Positions 26,234-33,748 of a stretch of DNA of 64,000 nucleotides are shown here, one piece after another. The notes beneath the pieces were generated by a model. It made no database searches. It was not told where the DNA came from and saw only the letters and a list, made by a program, of their open reading frames with translations. The first letter of the stretch is position 1; every line of letters starts with the position of its first letter. The stretch covers positions 13,333-77,332 of the forward strand of contig DASYQD010000018.1 of assembly GCA_036005845.1 (NCBI GenBank), given 5' to 3'. Origin of the DNA: Thermoanaerobaculia bacterium. GTDB taxonomy: Bacteria > Acidobacteriota > Thermoanaerobaculia > Multivoradales > JAIOJS01. The position numbers were made by a program, and so were the translations under genes.

Positions 26234-26262
26234 TTGACTTGTCGAAATGTCGCCAATAAAAT
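26234..26262 (+). promoter_or_regulatory. sigma70-like promoter (TTGACT-17nt-TAAAAT) driving a near-leaderless transcript for the 26269 ORF
   Basis: Consensus-like -35 and -10 boxes with 17-nt spacer. ATG at 26269 is 7 nt after the -10. Direct TGTCG repeats and a TGTCGC/GCGACA inverted repeat overlap the -10 and start codon. Confidence 0.5.
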
Positions 26263-26268
26263 AGGCCC

Positions 26269-26910
26269 ATGAGCGACAACGACCACCACCCCGACGGGAT
26301 AGCGAAGCGCGACAGCCTCACTCCGCTCAACGCCTGCGTCCACGCCGCGCTGGAGCACGGCGTGGGGCTGGCTCAGGCGTTCTTTGAAGGGCGCCAGCTT
26401 GACCCGTGGCTGTTCGCTCACATTGTGCGCTACGGGGTGCTGGAGCACCTACCGGACGCCATCGTCAACGTGGACGATTACGGCGTCACACGCAACGCCA
26501 TGTGCGGCGTGGAGATTCACGCTGACGGTTGCTCCATTCGGATCTGGAAGAAGCCCAGGGCCGAGGATGAGTATCTCCAGCCTCCAGGAGAGTCGGAGGT
26601 CCGCCAATCCTTCTACTGGCAGCAGATCCCTCTGCCTTTCGCAGTCGAGCAGCAGCTACCTCAGCCGGACAACTTGGCGTATGTCTGGGAAGCCTTGCCC
26701 TCCGGGACAATGAATCTGTTCCTCGTCAAGCCGAGCGGCATCGAAGGAATCTGGAAGCCGGGTCTATTCGAGTGGGCCGTTCCGGTGCCGCATCCGGCGG
26801 AGCTGGTCACCGTCGGTACCGACTTCCTCGAGGGCGACGAGGACGAAGATCTGGATATCGACCTGCCAAACGCGGGTTCTGGTGGCGGCGAGCCCAACGG
26901 CGGAGCCTAA
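26269..26910 (+). CDS. hypothetical protein with acidic C-terminal tail (213 aa)
   Basis: ORF begins immediately after the promoter. No recognisable family. Co-directional and adjacent to the XRE/ImmA-like gene. Confidence 0.5.
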   Translation: MSDNDHHPDGIAKRDSLTPLNACVHAALEHGVGLAQAFFEGRQLDPWLFAHIVRYGVLEHLPDAIVNVDDYGVTRNAMCGVEIHADGCSIRIWKKPRAEDEYLQPPGESEVRQSFYWQQIPLPFAVEQQLPQPDNLAYVWEALPSGTMNLFLVKPSGIEGIWKPGLFEWAVPVPHPAELVTVGTDFLEGDEDEDLDIDLPNAGSGGGEPNGGA

Positions 26911-26917
26911 GGCAGTC

Positions 26918-28024
26918 ATGGCGGCAGTCAACGGAGAACGCGTCAAGCAGGCGCGCGAGATACGAGCGCTTACGCAGGGTGAGCTTGCAGAGCGCATCGG
27001 AGTCTCGCAGCCAACCATTTCGCTCATCGAACAAGGAGCGCAGCAGCCATCCGAAGGGGTGCTGCAAGCGCTGGTGCTGGCGACGGGCTTTCCTGTGGGC
27101 TTCTTTCAGAAAGGGAAGGGGCCGGACTTTCCGTCGGGGTCTATGCTCTATCGCAAGTCGAAGAAACTACCGAGCACGCCAGCCAGTCAGTTGCGGCAGT
27201 CGGCGCGGCTTGCTCTGGAGCTGGTCCAAGCCCTCGGCACTCGATTCAAGCCGATCCCCGTGCGGATACCGCTGGTAGGCAGCGGTGATCCGATAGAGGC
27301 CGCGCATGTCGGCCGGTCGGTCCTGGGAGCATCGCCAGACGGGCCGATGACCGGAGTCATTCGGCGCCTGGAGCGCGCCGGGGTGCTTGTCGTATTCCTC
27401 CCCTCGGCGCCCGACGGATTCGACGGCTTCTCCGCTTGGTCCGACGAGGGCGACGGACACGAGAGGCGCCCAATCATTTGCCTTAAGCACGGCGTGCCGG
27501 GCGACCGTCTTAGGCTCACGGCGGCGGAGGAGCTGGGCCACCTGATGATGCATCAGGACTTCCTAGGCGGTTTGAAGGAGCTGGAGCAGGAAGCCGATGA
27601 GTTTGCAGGAGAGTTTCTATTTCCGCAGAGCGAGATGAAGGAGCAACTCAGGCTGCCGATAACACTCGCGCACTTGGGCGAGCTCAAAGCGCGTTGGGGC
27701 GTCTCCATCGCTGCCATCGCACACCTTGCCGAGCAGCGGGGATTGATCAGCGACCGCCAAAAGCGGTACGTGCGGGCAAAGCTGCATGATCGCGGGTGGC
27801 TGCATACGGAGCCGATCCATATCCCGGTAGAGGCCCCCAAGCTTTGGCGCCAGATGGCGGAGGGCATCTTCGGAGCGCCGGTTGACCATAAGCGCTTGGC
27901 GCGCGAGTTTGAGGTCTCCTCTGGCTTCGTTCAACAGTTGATCGAGGTCAACCGGCCGCTAGACGCGAGACCCATTGCTCCTAGCTCTCAGGTTCTTCTG
28001 CGCTTCGACCGCCGTCGCGCCTGA
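26918..28024 (+). CDS. XRE-family HTH fused to ImmA/IrrE-like (COG2856, M78-type) metallopeptidase domain
   Basis: N-terminal HTH (QAREIRALTQGELAERIGVSQPTISLIEQG) and central AAEELGHLMMH. The latter is an ImmA-like motif with the first His replaced by Glu. 368 aa from ATG 26918. Confidence 0.75.
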   Translation: MAAVNGERVKQAREIRALTQGELAERIGVSQPTISLIEQGAQQPSEGVLQALVLATGFPVGFFQKGKGPDFPSGSMLYRKSKKLPSTPASQLRQSARLALELVQALGTRFKPIPVRIPLVGSGDPIEAAHVGRSVLGASPDGPMTGVIRRLERAGVLVVFLPSAPDGFDGFSAWSDEGDGHERRPIICLKHGVPGDRLRLTAAEELGHLMMHQDFLGGLKELEQEADEFAGEFLFPQSEMKEQLRLPITLAHLGELKARWGVSIAAIAHLAEQRGLISDRQKRYVRAKLHDRGWLHTEPIHIPVEAPKLWRQMAEGIFGAPVDHKRLAREFEVSSGFVQQLIEVNRPLDARPIAPSSQVLLRFDRRRA

Positions 28025-28087
28025 ATCGCAGGCTTGACACGTAGCTCGTTGGTAACCACACCGTGGATACTAATTGGAGACGTGGCG

Positions 28088-28519
28088 ATGGACCCAAGAG
28101 AACGGCGCAGACTGGTGATAACGGTAACGGTCCGAATCACTCGGAAGGGTAACGCATGGACTGTTCCTTCTCAGTGAGCGTCCCGAACGTTGGACCACCT
28201 CGGGGAAGTGGCGGTCACCCACCGTTGGCACTCTCGGATGGTGACTGGTAACGATGTCAAGTTTCGCGGGCCGCGGTGGAGAAGCTGCGAGCAGAGCGGG
28301 TGGCGAGATGCGCGTGTGGGGGAGCACCGTGCTAATCAAAACGCTGGCCGAGTACGACCGGTCGACGAGTACCGGCTCGCCGGCTACCCGCTCGTGCTGA
28401 GCACTGGCAAGAAGCTGTTCTCCGACAGGTTCGCGTCACCAGACTTCACCCTGACCGAGTCGCGCGCCGTGCGATCCGGAGGCCTGGTCAACACCTACCG
28501 TGGCGCCGGCTCAGGCTGA
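28088..28519 (+). pseudogene. frameshifted/degraded RibD C-terminal domain (dihydrofolate reductase-family) gene
   Basis: C-terminal frame gives VDEYRLAGYPLVLSTGKKLF...LTESRAVRSGGLVNTY (RibD_C hallmark). Upstream part is in another frame (..VLIKTLAEYD..). A short ORF from ATG ~28088 stops after 29 codons. A TTGACA lies at ~28035. Confidence 0.45.
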
Positions 28520-28672
28520 TCAACCACACCGACAGCTCGTCTCGGCGTTCTGCTTGCCGGCGGTGGTCGCCGCGCTGGCGGGTGACGGGCTGATTGAGCT
28601 GAGCGCGGCGGCGCGGATACGGGACCGCCTGGCGGGGCAGCACGTGATTCACGTGCTAATCTGGGAGCCGCC

Positions 28673-28906
28673 ATGAAGACGAACGTCACGCTCAAGCTCG
28701 ATGCGGATCTCCTCCGCGAGGCGCGCGTGGTGGCAGCCGAAGAGGGGCGATCGATGAGCGCTCTTCTCACCGATCAACTCGAAGGCATCGTGCGCGAGCG
28801 GAAGGCCTTCGTTAAGGCGCGGCGGCGGGCACTTGCCCGTCTCCGAGAGGGTCTCGACCTCCAGTGGACACCGCCCGCATCGCGGGACGAGCTCCATGAG
28901 CGATAG
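28673..28906 (+). CDS. vapB: VapB-type RHH/AbrB-like antitoxin
   Basis: 77 aa (MKTNVTLKLDADLLREARVVAAEEGRSMSALL). Overlaps vapC by 11 nt. Confidence 0.7.
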   Translation: MKTNVTLKLDADLLREARVVAAEEGRSMSALLTDQLEGIVRERKAFVKARRRALARLREGLDLQWTPPASRDELHER

Positions 28907-29348
28907 ACACTTCGTCGACACCAACATCCTGATGTACGCCCACGACGCTGCCACGGGCGAGAAGCATCAAATGGCCCGGGCGCTGGTGGAGCAGTTGTGG
29001 GAGACGAGGTCGGGTGTCGTCAGCACCCAGGTCCTTCAGGAGCTGGCGGTCAACTTGCGGAGGAAGGCCAAGAAGCCACTCGATGCAAGGACGACTCGTG
29101 ACGTCGTGTCCGACTACCTTGCGTGGCACGTTGTCGTGAATGGCGGGGAGTCGGTTCTCGAAGCGCTCGATCTCGAAGCGCGGCATCGCATCTCTTTCTG
29201 GGATGCCCTCCTGATACAGGCCGCGAACGCTTCTGGCGCTGAGATCCTCTACTCCGAGGATCTGTCGGACGGCCAACGTTACGGATCGGTACGAGTCATC
29301 AATCCGTTTCGAGTGAAGGCCCGCGCCGCTCCGCCATCGCCCGGCTAG
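28896..29348 (+). CDS. vapC: PIN-domain toxin VapC
   Basis: MSDRHFVDTNILMYA...FWDALLIQAA, 150 aa from ATG 28896 (the track ORF starts 21 codons earlier). Confidence 0.85.
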   Translation: MSDRHFVDTNILMYAHDAATGEKHQMARALVEQLWETRSGVVSTQVLQELAVNLRRKAKKPLDARTTRDVVSDYLAWHVVVNGGESVLEALDLEARHRISFWDALLIQAANASGAEILYSEDLSDGQRYGSVRVINPFRVKARAAPPSPG

Positions 29349-29360
29349 AATCCGCGGCCG

Positions 29361-30011
29361 ATGGCTGCCATGGCTCCTCCCCCCGTGCGCTGGCTTCCGG
29401 CCGCGCTCGGCGCGCTGCTGCTGATGATGACGATCGGCCTCGGCCTCGTCTGGTGGTGGGGGAGGCAGCCGCCGCCGTCGCTGCCGGTGATGAGCGAGCT
29501 GCCGGCGTTCACGCTCATAGACAAGAGCGGCGCGACGGTCACGCCCGCCACGCTCGCCGGGCGGCCGTGGATCGCCGACCTCGTCTTCACGCGTTGCCAG
29601 CTCTCCTGTCCGCTGATGACCGAGCGCATGGCGTCGCTCGGCCAGCGCCTCGCGCCCGGCGTGCGCCGCGTCAGCATCTCGGTCGATCCGGCGCACGACA
29701 CGCCGGCGGTGCTCGCCGAGTACGCGAAGGTGCACAAGGCGGAGGCGCCCGATTGGCTCTTCCTCACCGGTGACGAAGCCGAAATGCATCGCCTCGCGGT
29801 CGAAGGGTTCAAGCTCGGCGTCGCTCCCGCCGACGCCAGCGATCCGCGCGCCGCGCAGGAGCCGGTGACGCACAGCACGCGCTTCGTGCTCGTCGACGGC
29901 CAGGGCCGCGTGCGGGGGTGGTACGACGCCTTCGACGAGGGCTCGCTGGGCAAGTTGCTGCGCGACGCGGCGTGGCTCGCCGCCAGCAACGACGGGGCCG
30001 CCGGCGGGTGA
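29361..30011 (+). CDS. SCO1/SenC copper chaperone (second copy)
   Basis: N-terminal TM, CQLSCP motif, downstream His (THSTRFVLVD). Confidence 0.85.
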   Translation: MAAMAPPPVRWLPAALGALLLMMTIGLGLVWWWGRQPPPSLPVMSELPAFTLIDKSGATVTPATLAGRPWIADLVFTRCQLSCPLMTERMASLGQRLAPGVRRVSISVDPAHDTPAVLAEYAKVHKAEAPDWLFLTGDEAEMHRLAVEGFKLGVAPADASDPRAAQEPVTHSTRFVLVDGQGRVRGWYDAFDEGSLGKLLRDAAWLAASNDGAAGG

Positions 30012-30421
30012 CGCTGCGCGATCTGCCGGCGCTCAACGCTGCCCTCAACGCCGCCTCGGCGATCACGCTCCTCATCGGCTACGGGCTCATCCGCCGCGGC
30101 CGCTGGCGCGCGCACCGCGCGGCGATGATCACGGCGTTCGTGCTGTCGAGCGTGTTCCTCACTTCGTATCTCGTCTACCACGCGCAGGTGGGCAGCGTGC
30201 GCTTCCCGGGGCAGGGCTGGGTGCGCACGCTCTACCTAACGATCCTCGCCACGCACACGGTGCTCGCCGCCGCCGTGCCGGTGCTGGCGATCGTCACGCT
30301 GTCGCGCGCGCTGCGGCGGCGCTTCGACCGCCACAAGCTGATCGCGCGCTGGACGCTGCCGATCTGGCTCTACGTATCGGTGACCGGCGTCGTCGTCTAC
30401 TGGATGTTGTACCGACTCTGA
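30008..30421 (+). CDS. ctaM: DUF420 membrane protein (CtaM-like oxidase assembly factor)
   Basis: GTG at 30008 overlaps the sco stop (GTGA). 137 aa with 4 TM helices (LNAALNAASAITLLIGYGLIRRGRWRAHRAAMITAF). Confidence 0.7.
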   Translation: MTLRDLPALNAALNAASAITLLIGYGLIRRGRWRAHRAAMITAFVLSSVFLTSYLVYHAQVGSVRFPGQGWVRTLYLTILATHTVLAAAVPVLAIVTLSRALRRRFDRHKLIARWTLPIWLYVSVTGVVVYWMLYRL

Positions 30422-30472
30422 GCGCGTCACGCGCGCGCCCAATCGCCGCCGGCGCGCCTGTATCCTTGCGGC

Positions 30473-30940
30473 GTGGCATGGCGCGATCGCCCGCTGGGCC
30501 TGATCCTCATCGTCGCCTACAAGGCGATCTGGGGCACGCTCGAGATCGCGGCCGGCATCTCCGTCCACTGGGTGCCGTCGCTGCTCGCGGCGAGGCTGGC
30601 CGACGACCCGCAAGACCAGCTCGCCAACTGGTTGAAGGCTCACGTGCCGCTCGAGCCGGAGCACCTGCGTTTGGCGATCTTCGGTCTGCTGGCGCTCGGC
30701 ATCCTCAAATGGGCGCTGGCGATCGGGATCTGGCGGCGGTCGTGGCTGGTGCGCGACCTGGCGCTGCTGGTGATGGGCGTCGCCGGCGTCTTCGCCATCG
30801 TCGGGTTGGCGGCGCATGCGACGATCTTCCGGCTGGTGGTCGTCGTCACCGACCTGCTCATCGTCGTCTACATCTGGCGCTTCCTGCCGCGCCACCTGCC
30901 GCCGCGGCCGAGGCGCGCCGGGACGCCGGTGCTACCCTGA
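30473..30940 (+). CDS. DUF2127 membrane protein
   Basis: 155 aa (YKAIWGTLEIAAG pattern), 4 TM helices. Confidence 0.55.
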   Translation: MAWRDRPLGLILIVAYKAIWGTLEIAAGISVHWVPSLLAARLADDPQDQLANWLKAHVPLEPEHLRLAIFGLLALGILKWALAIGIWRRSWLVRDLALLVMGVAGVFAIVGLAAHATIFRLVVVVTDLLIVVYIWRFLPRHLPPRPRRAGTPVLP

Positions 30941-30944
30941 TCGC

Positions 30945-31844
30945 ATGACGGCGCGGGATCCCCAAGCCACACCGGGACCGCTCGAGGTGTTGGCCGAGGC
31001 CGAGCGCACGGTGCGCGAGCAAGGCCGCGCCGCGCTCTGCCAGGTGGTGCGCGTCGAGGGGTCGACGCCCGGCAAGGTGGGCTGGAAGCTGCTCGTGCGA
31101 CCCGACGGCAGTTCGTGGGGCAACCTCGGCGGCGGCGCCTTCGAGGCGATGGTCGCTGCCGACGCCGCCGAGCTGCTCGCCGCGTCGAACGCGGGCTCGG
31201 AGGTCAAGCGCTACTACCTGACCGAGAAGGCGGTGCAGGGCGAGCCCACGGGCATGGTCTGCGGCGGCCTGATGGAGGTGCTGCTCGAGGTGCTGGCGGC
31301 GCCGCCGCTGGTCGTCGTTTGCGGCGGCGGACCGGTGGGGCAGGCGGTCGTGCGCGCGGCGGCGCTCGCCGGCTTCGACTCGGCGGTGGCCGAGGACCGC
31401 CCGCGCTTCCGCGAGCCGGCGCTCTTCCCGGCGGCGACGCGGCCGGTCGAGGTGTCGCGCGATTACCGCGAAGACTTTCTCGCGCCGTTCGCCGGCCGCG
31501 AGCTCTACGTGGCGATCGTCTCGCGCTGCTGGGAGACCGATTCGGCGGCGCTGGCGGCGGTGGTGCGGCAGGCGCCGGCGCGGCTCGCCTATCTCGGTTT
31601 GATGGGCAGCCGGCGCAAGATCGCGCGCGTGCGGCGCGAGGTGGAGAAGCAGGGTCTCGCGCTCGACCGAGGCTTGACGCTGGATGGCGCCGGTCTGCGC
31701 GCGCCGATCGGGCTGCCCATCGGCGGCGACACGCCGGGTGAGATCGCCATTGCGATCGTCGCCGAGATGATCCAGGTGCGCAGCGCGGCGGCGGCCGCGG
31801 CGAGTAGCGGCGCCGCCAGCGCATCCGGCGCGCGGTCGGCTTAG
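30945..31844 (+). CDS. XdhC/CoxI-family accessory protein (molybdenum cofactor insertion chaperone family)
   Basis: N-terminal XdhC_CoxI-like region and Rossmann-like GxGxxG (VVVCGGGPVGQAV). ATG at 30945 (the track ORF starts 43 codons earlier in low-complexity sequence). Confidence 0.7.
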   Translation: MTARDPQATPGPLEVLAEAERTVREQGRAALCQVVRVEGSTPGKVGWKLLVRPDGSSWGNLGGGAFEAMVAADAAELLAASNAGSEVKRYYLTEKAVQGEPTGMVCGGLMEVLLEVLAAPPLVVVCGGGPVGQAVVRAAALAGFDSAVAEDRPRFREPALFPAATRPVEVSRDYREDFLAPFAGRELYVAIVSRCWETDSAALAAVVRQAPARLAYLGLMGSRRKIARVRREVEKQGLALDRGLTLDGAGLRAPIGLPIGGDTPGEIAIAIVAEMIQVRSAAAAAASSGAASASGARSA

Positions 31845-33196
31845 GCGTCGATCGCAGCCGCCGAGGCTTCCGCTGCGCCGCTCGCCGCTGCCGCGGTGCG
31901 CATGCCGTCGGCGAAGAGCGCCACAGCCATTGCCGCGATCGTCGCCGGGAAGATCTGCAGCACGATGCGCGTGAAGGTGGTGACGACCAAAAGCCTCGTG
32001 TCGGTGTCCTGGCCGGCGCAGCTCGCCAGGTAGCCGGCGAGGTGGAGCAGGGCGACGGCGACGAACGGCCGCAGCCGCGGCACGAGCAGCAGCAGCGGCA
32101 GCACGAGGAGCAGCAGCGCGAAGCCGTGCCACTCCGGCGCCAGCAGTTGTTCGGCGACGATGCGGAGGGTGGCGACGAGCCGACTCGGGATGGGCAGCCC
32201 TTTGTCGTAGCTCTGCAGCAGGTGGTGCTGCGCGATGCGCCACCACGAATAGCCGACGATGAGCATCGGTGGCACGAGGAGCGCCGCGGAACCTGCCGGG
32301 CGCGGGCGTCGGCCGTGCCAGAACCAACGGCTGAGCTGCACGGCGACGAGACCGACCGCCATCACCAAGCCCTCCTGCTTCGAGGCGCCAGCGAGCGCGG
32401 CGCAGAGACCGATCTGCACGTCGGCCGCGGTCGACAGCGGCGCGAGGAGCGCGGGCAGCGAGGCGGCGAGCGCCAGCGCGAGGAACCAGTCGGCGGCGCC
32501 CGCCATGATGTTGGCGACGGCGAAGCCGGCGCAGGAGAGCGCGACGAAGGCGACGACGGCGTGGCGCCGGAACGGCGGGATGCCTTCCGCGACCAGCACC
32601 TCACGCACGCTGATCAGGATGAGCGCCAGCAGCAGCGGCGACCAGAGCAGCAGTGCACCTTCGCGCCAGCCGGCAAGCATCGCGGTGACCGCCAGCAGCT
32701 CGGGGTAGAGGTTGGGGTAGTCGGGGTGGAACACCCAGCCCAGCGGCTGCGCGAGGTAGCCGTAATCGACATGGCCCTCGAGCAGGAAGCGATGTCCCTT
32801 GAGACCCCAGTGGTAGATGAAGTCGGGGATGGCGATCCACCCCGTCCAGGCGAGTGCAGCGAAACCGAGCACCGCCAGGATCGCGACGGCATCACCCCAG
32901 CCGAAGCTCGCGCTCCGCCGCGACGGCCTGCGCGCGCGAACAACGAACGCGATGAGCGCGGCGGCGAGTAAGAACGGCAGCGCGATAGCGAGTCTCCAGC
33001 GCCAGCCGAGGAGGTCGAGCAGGCTCAGCAGCGCGTGAAGCAGCAGCGCGCCAGCGATGAACCCAAGGACGAGTCGCAGCGGTCGCGTGACCGGCAGCCG
33101 CGCGGCGATCGGCTGCCCAGCCGCGGCGAGCAGCACGAGCACCAGAGGCGCCGCCAACCAGCCGAGCGCGCTCACGGCAACCGGTAGAGACCGCAC
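31841..33196 (-). CDS. polytopic membrane protein, possible GT-C-type glycosyltransferase
   Basis: ~450 aa with >=10 TM helices. The first ~54 aa of the track ORF look spurious. Start is approximate. Confidence 0.45.
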   Translation of the reverse strand: MRSLPVAVSALGWLAAPLVLVLLAAAGQPIAARLPVTRPLRLVLGFIAGALLLHALLSLLDLLGWRWRLAIALPFLLAAALIAFVVRARRPSRRSASFGWGDAVAILAVLGFAALAWTGWIAIPDFIYHWGLKGHRFLLEGHVDYGYLAQPLGWVFHPDYPNLYPELLAVTAMLAGWREGALLLWSPLLLALILISVREVLVAEGIPPFRRHAVVAFVALSCAGFAVANIMAGAADWFLALALAASLPALLAPLSTAADVQIGLCAALAGASKQEGLVMAVGLVAVQLSRWFWHGRRPRPAGSAALLVPPMLIVGYSWWRIAQHHLLQSYDKGLPIPSRLVATLRIVAEQLLAPEWHGFALLLLVLPLLLLVPRLRPFVAVALLHLAGYLASCAGQDTDTRLLVVTTFTRIVLQIFPATIAAMAVALFADGMRTAAAASGAAEASAAAIDA

Positions 33197-33663
33197 CAGG
33201 GCTCGCCCGCCACGCGCCGCGCGCCTGCTGGCGCCGAACGCGAGCTCGCGACGACGACGCGGCCCGGCGGCGTCGCCGCACCCGCCTGCACCACCTCGCG
33301 GTGCGGCAGGAAGTACGCGGCCCAGCGCCAGCGGAAGAAGTCGTTCGTCGGGTCCCACAGCAGCACCGGCTCGCGCGCCGGGAGCAGCGCGTCGACGCTC
33401 CGCAGGCAGCGGTCCAGGCGCTCCGGCGGCCGGCTGCCGAGCCGCCAGTACATCGAGCTCGGCTGGTGGAGCGTGCCCGCAAGCCAGTCGTGGCGCGCGC
33501 CGCGGGCCTCGAAAACGAAGGTGCCGCCGGCCCAGACGAGCAGCAGCGCGACCAGCACGTCCGCCAGCCGACGCGACGAGCCGGGCCCGCGCGCACGCAG
33601 AAGTGGCGTCGCGCCATCCACGGCGCGTGCATCACTCGGTGGCGTCGACGGCGTGGCCATCAT
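33172..33663 (-). CDS. hypothetical protein with N-terminal TM anchor
   Basis: Candidate start at MMATPS.. in track ORF 33172..33750. Overlaps the start region of the downstream membrane protein. Weak support. Confidence 0.3.
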   Translation of the reverse strand: MMATPSTPPSDARAVDGATPLLRARGPGSSRRLADVLVALLLVWAGGTFVFEARGARHDWLAGTLHQPSSMYWRLGSRPPERLDRCLRSVDALLPAREPVLLWDPTNDFFRWRWAAYFLPHREVVQAGAATPPGRVVVASSRSAPAGARRVAGEPWCGLYRLP

Positions 33664-33748
33664 CGAAGGGTGCGCGAAGCGGCGCGCAGACGATATCGCC
33701 CGCGCGGCGCAGGGCCGCACGGCGCGCGAGCGGATAAGCTGCGCGGCC

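Larger units (their letters stand above)
23692..28616. mobile_element. putative integrated, degraded genomic island at the 3' end of ctaB, bounded by ~80-bp imperfect direct repeats
   Basis: Segment 23692-23771 (ctaB 3' end + 20 nt) recurs at 28537-28616 at about 80-85% identity. GC drops to ~50% over 24.6-28.1 kb. Content includes MobC-like RHH, XRE/ImmA-like regulator, orphan hypotheticals and a pseudogene. No integrase present. Confidence 0.55.

Noticed and set aside
33160-33200. apparent 1-nt discrepancy between my reading of the printed sequence and the ORF-track frames near 33180 (and a similar off-by-one near 16854/17576)
   Set aside because: Most likely my own transcription slip when counting bases by eye. 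ORF-track arithmetic was trusted for gene coordinates. Hand-located motifs may be off by 1-2 nt.
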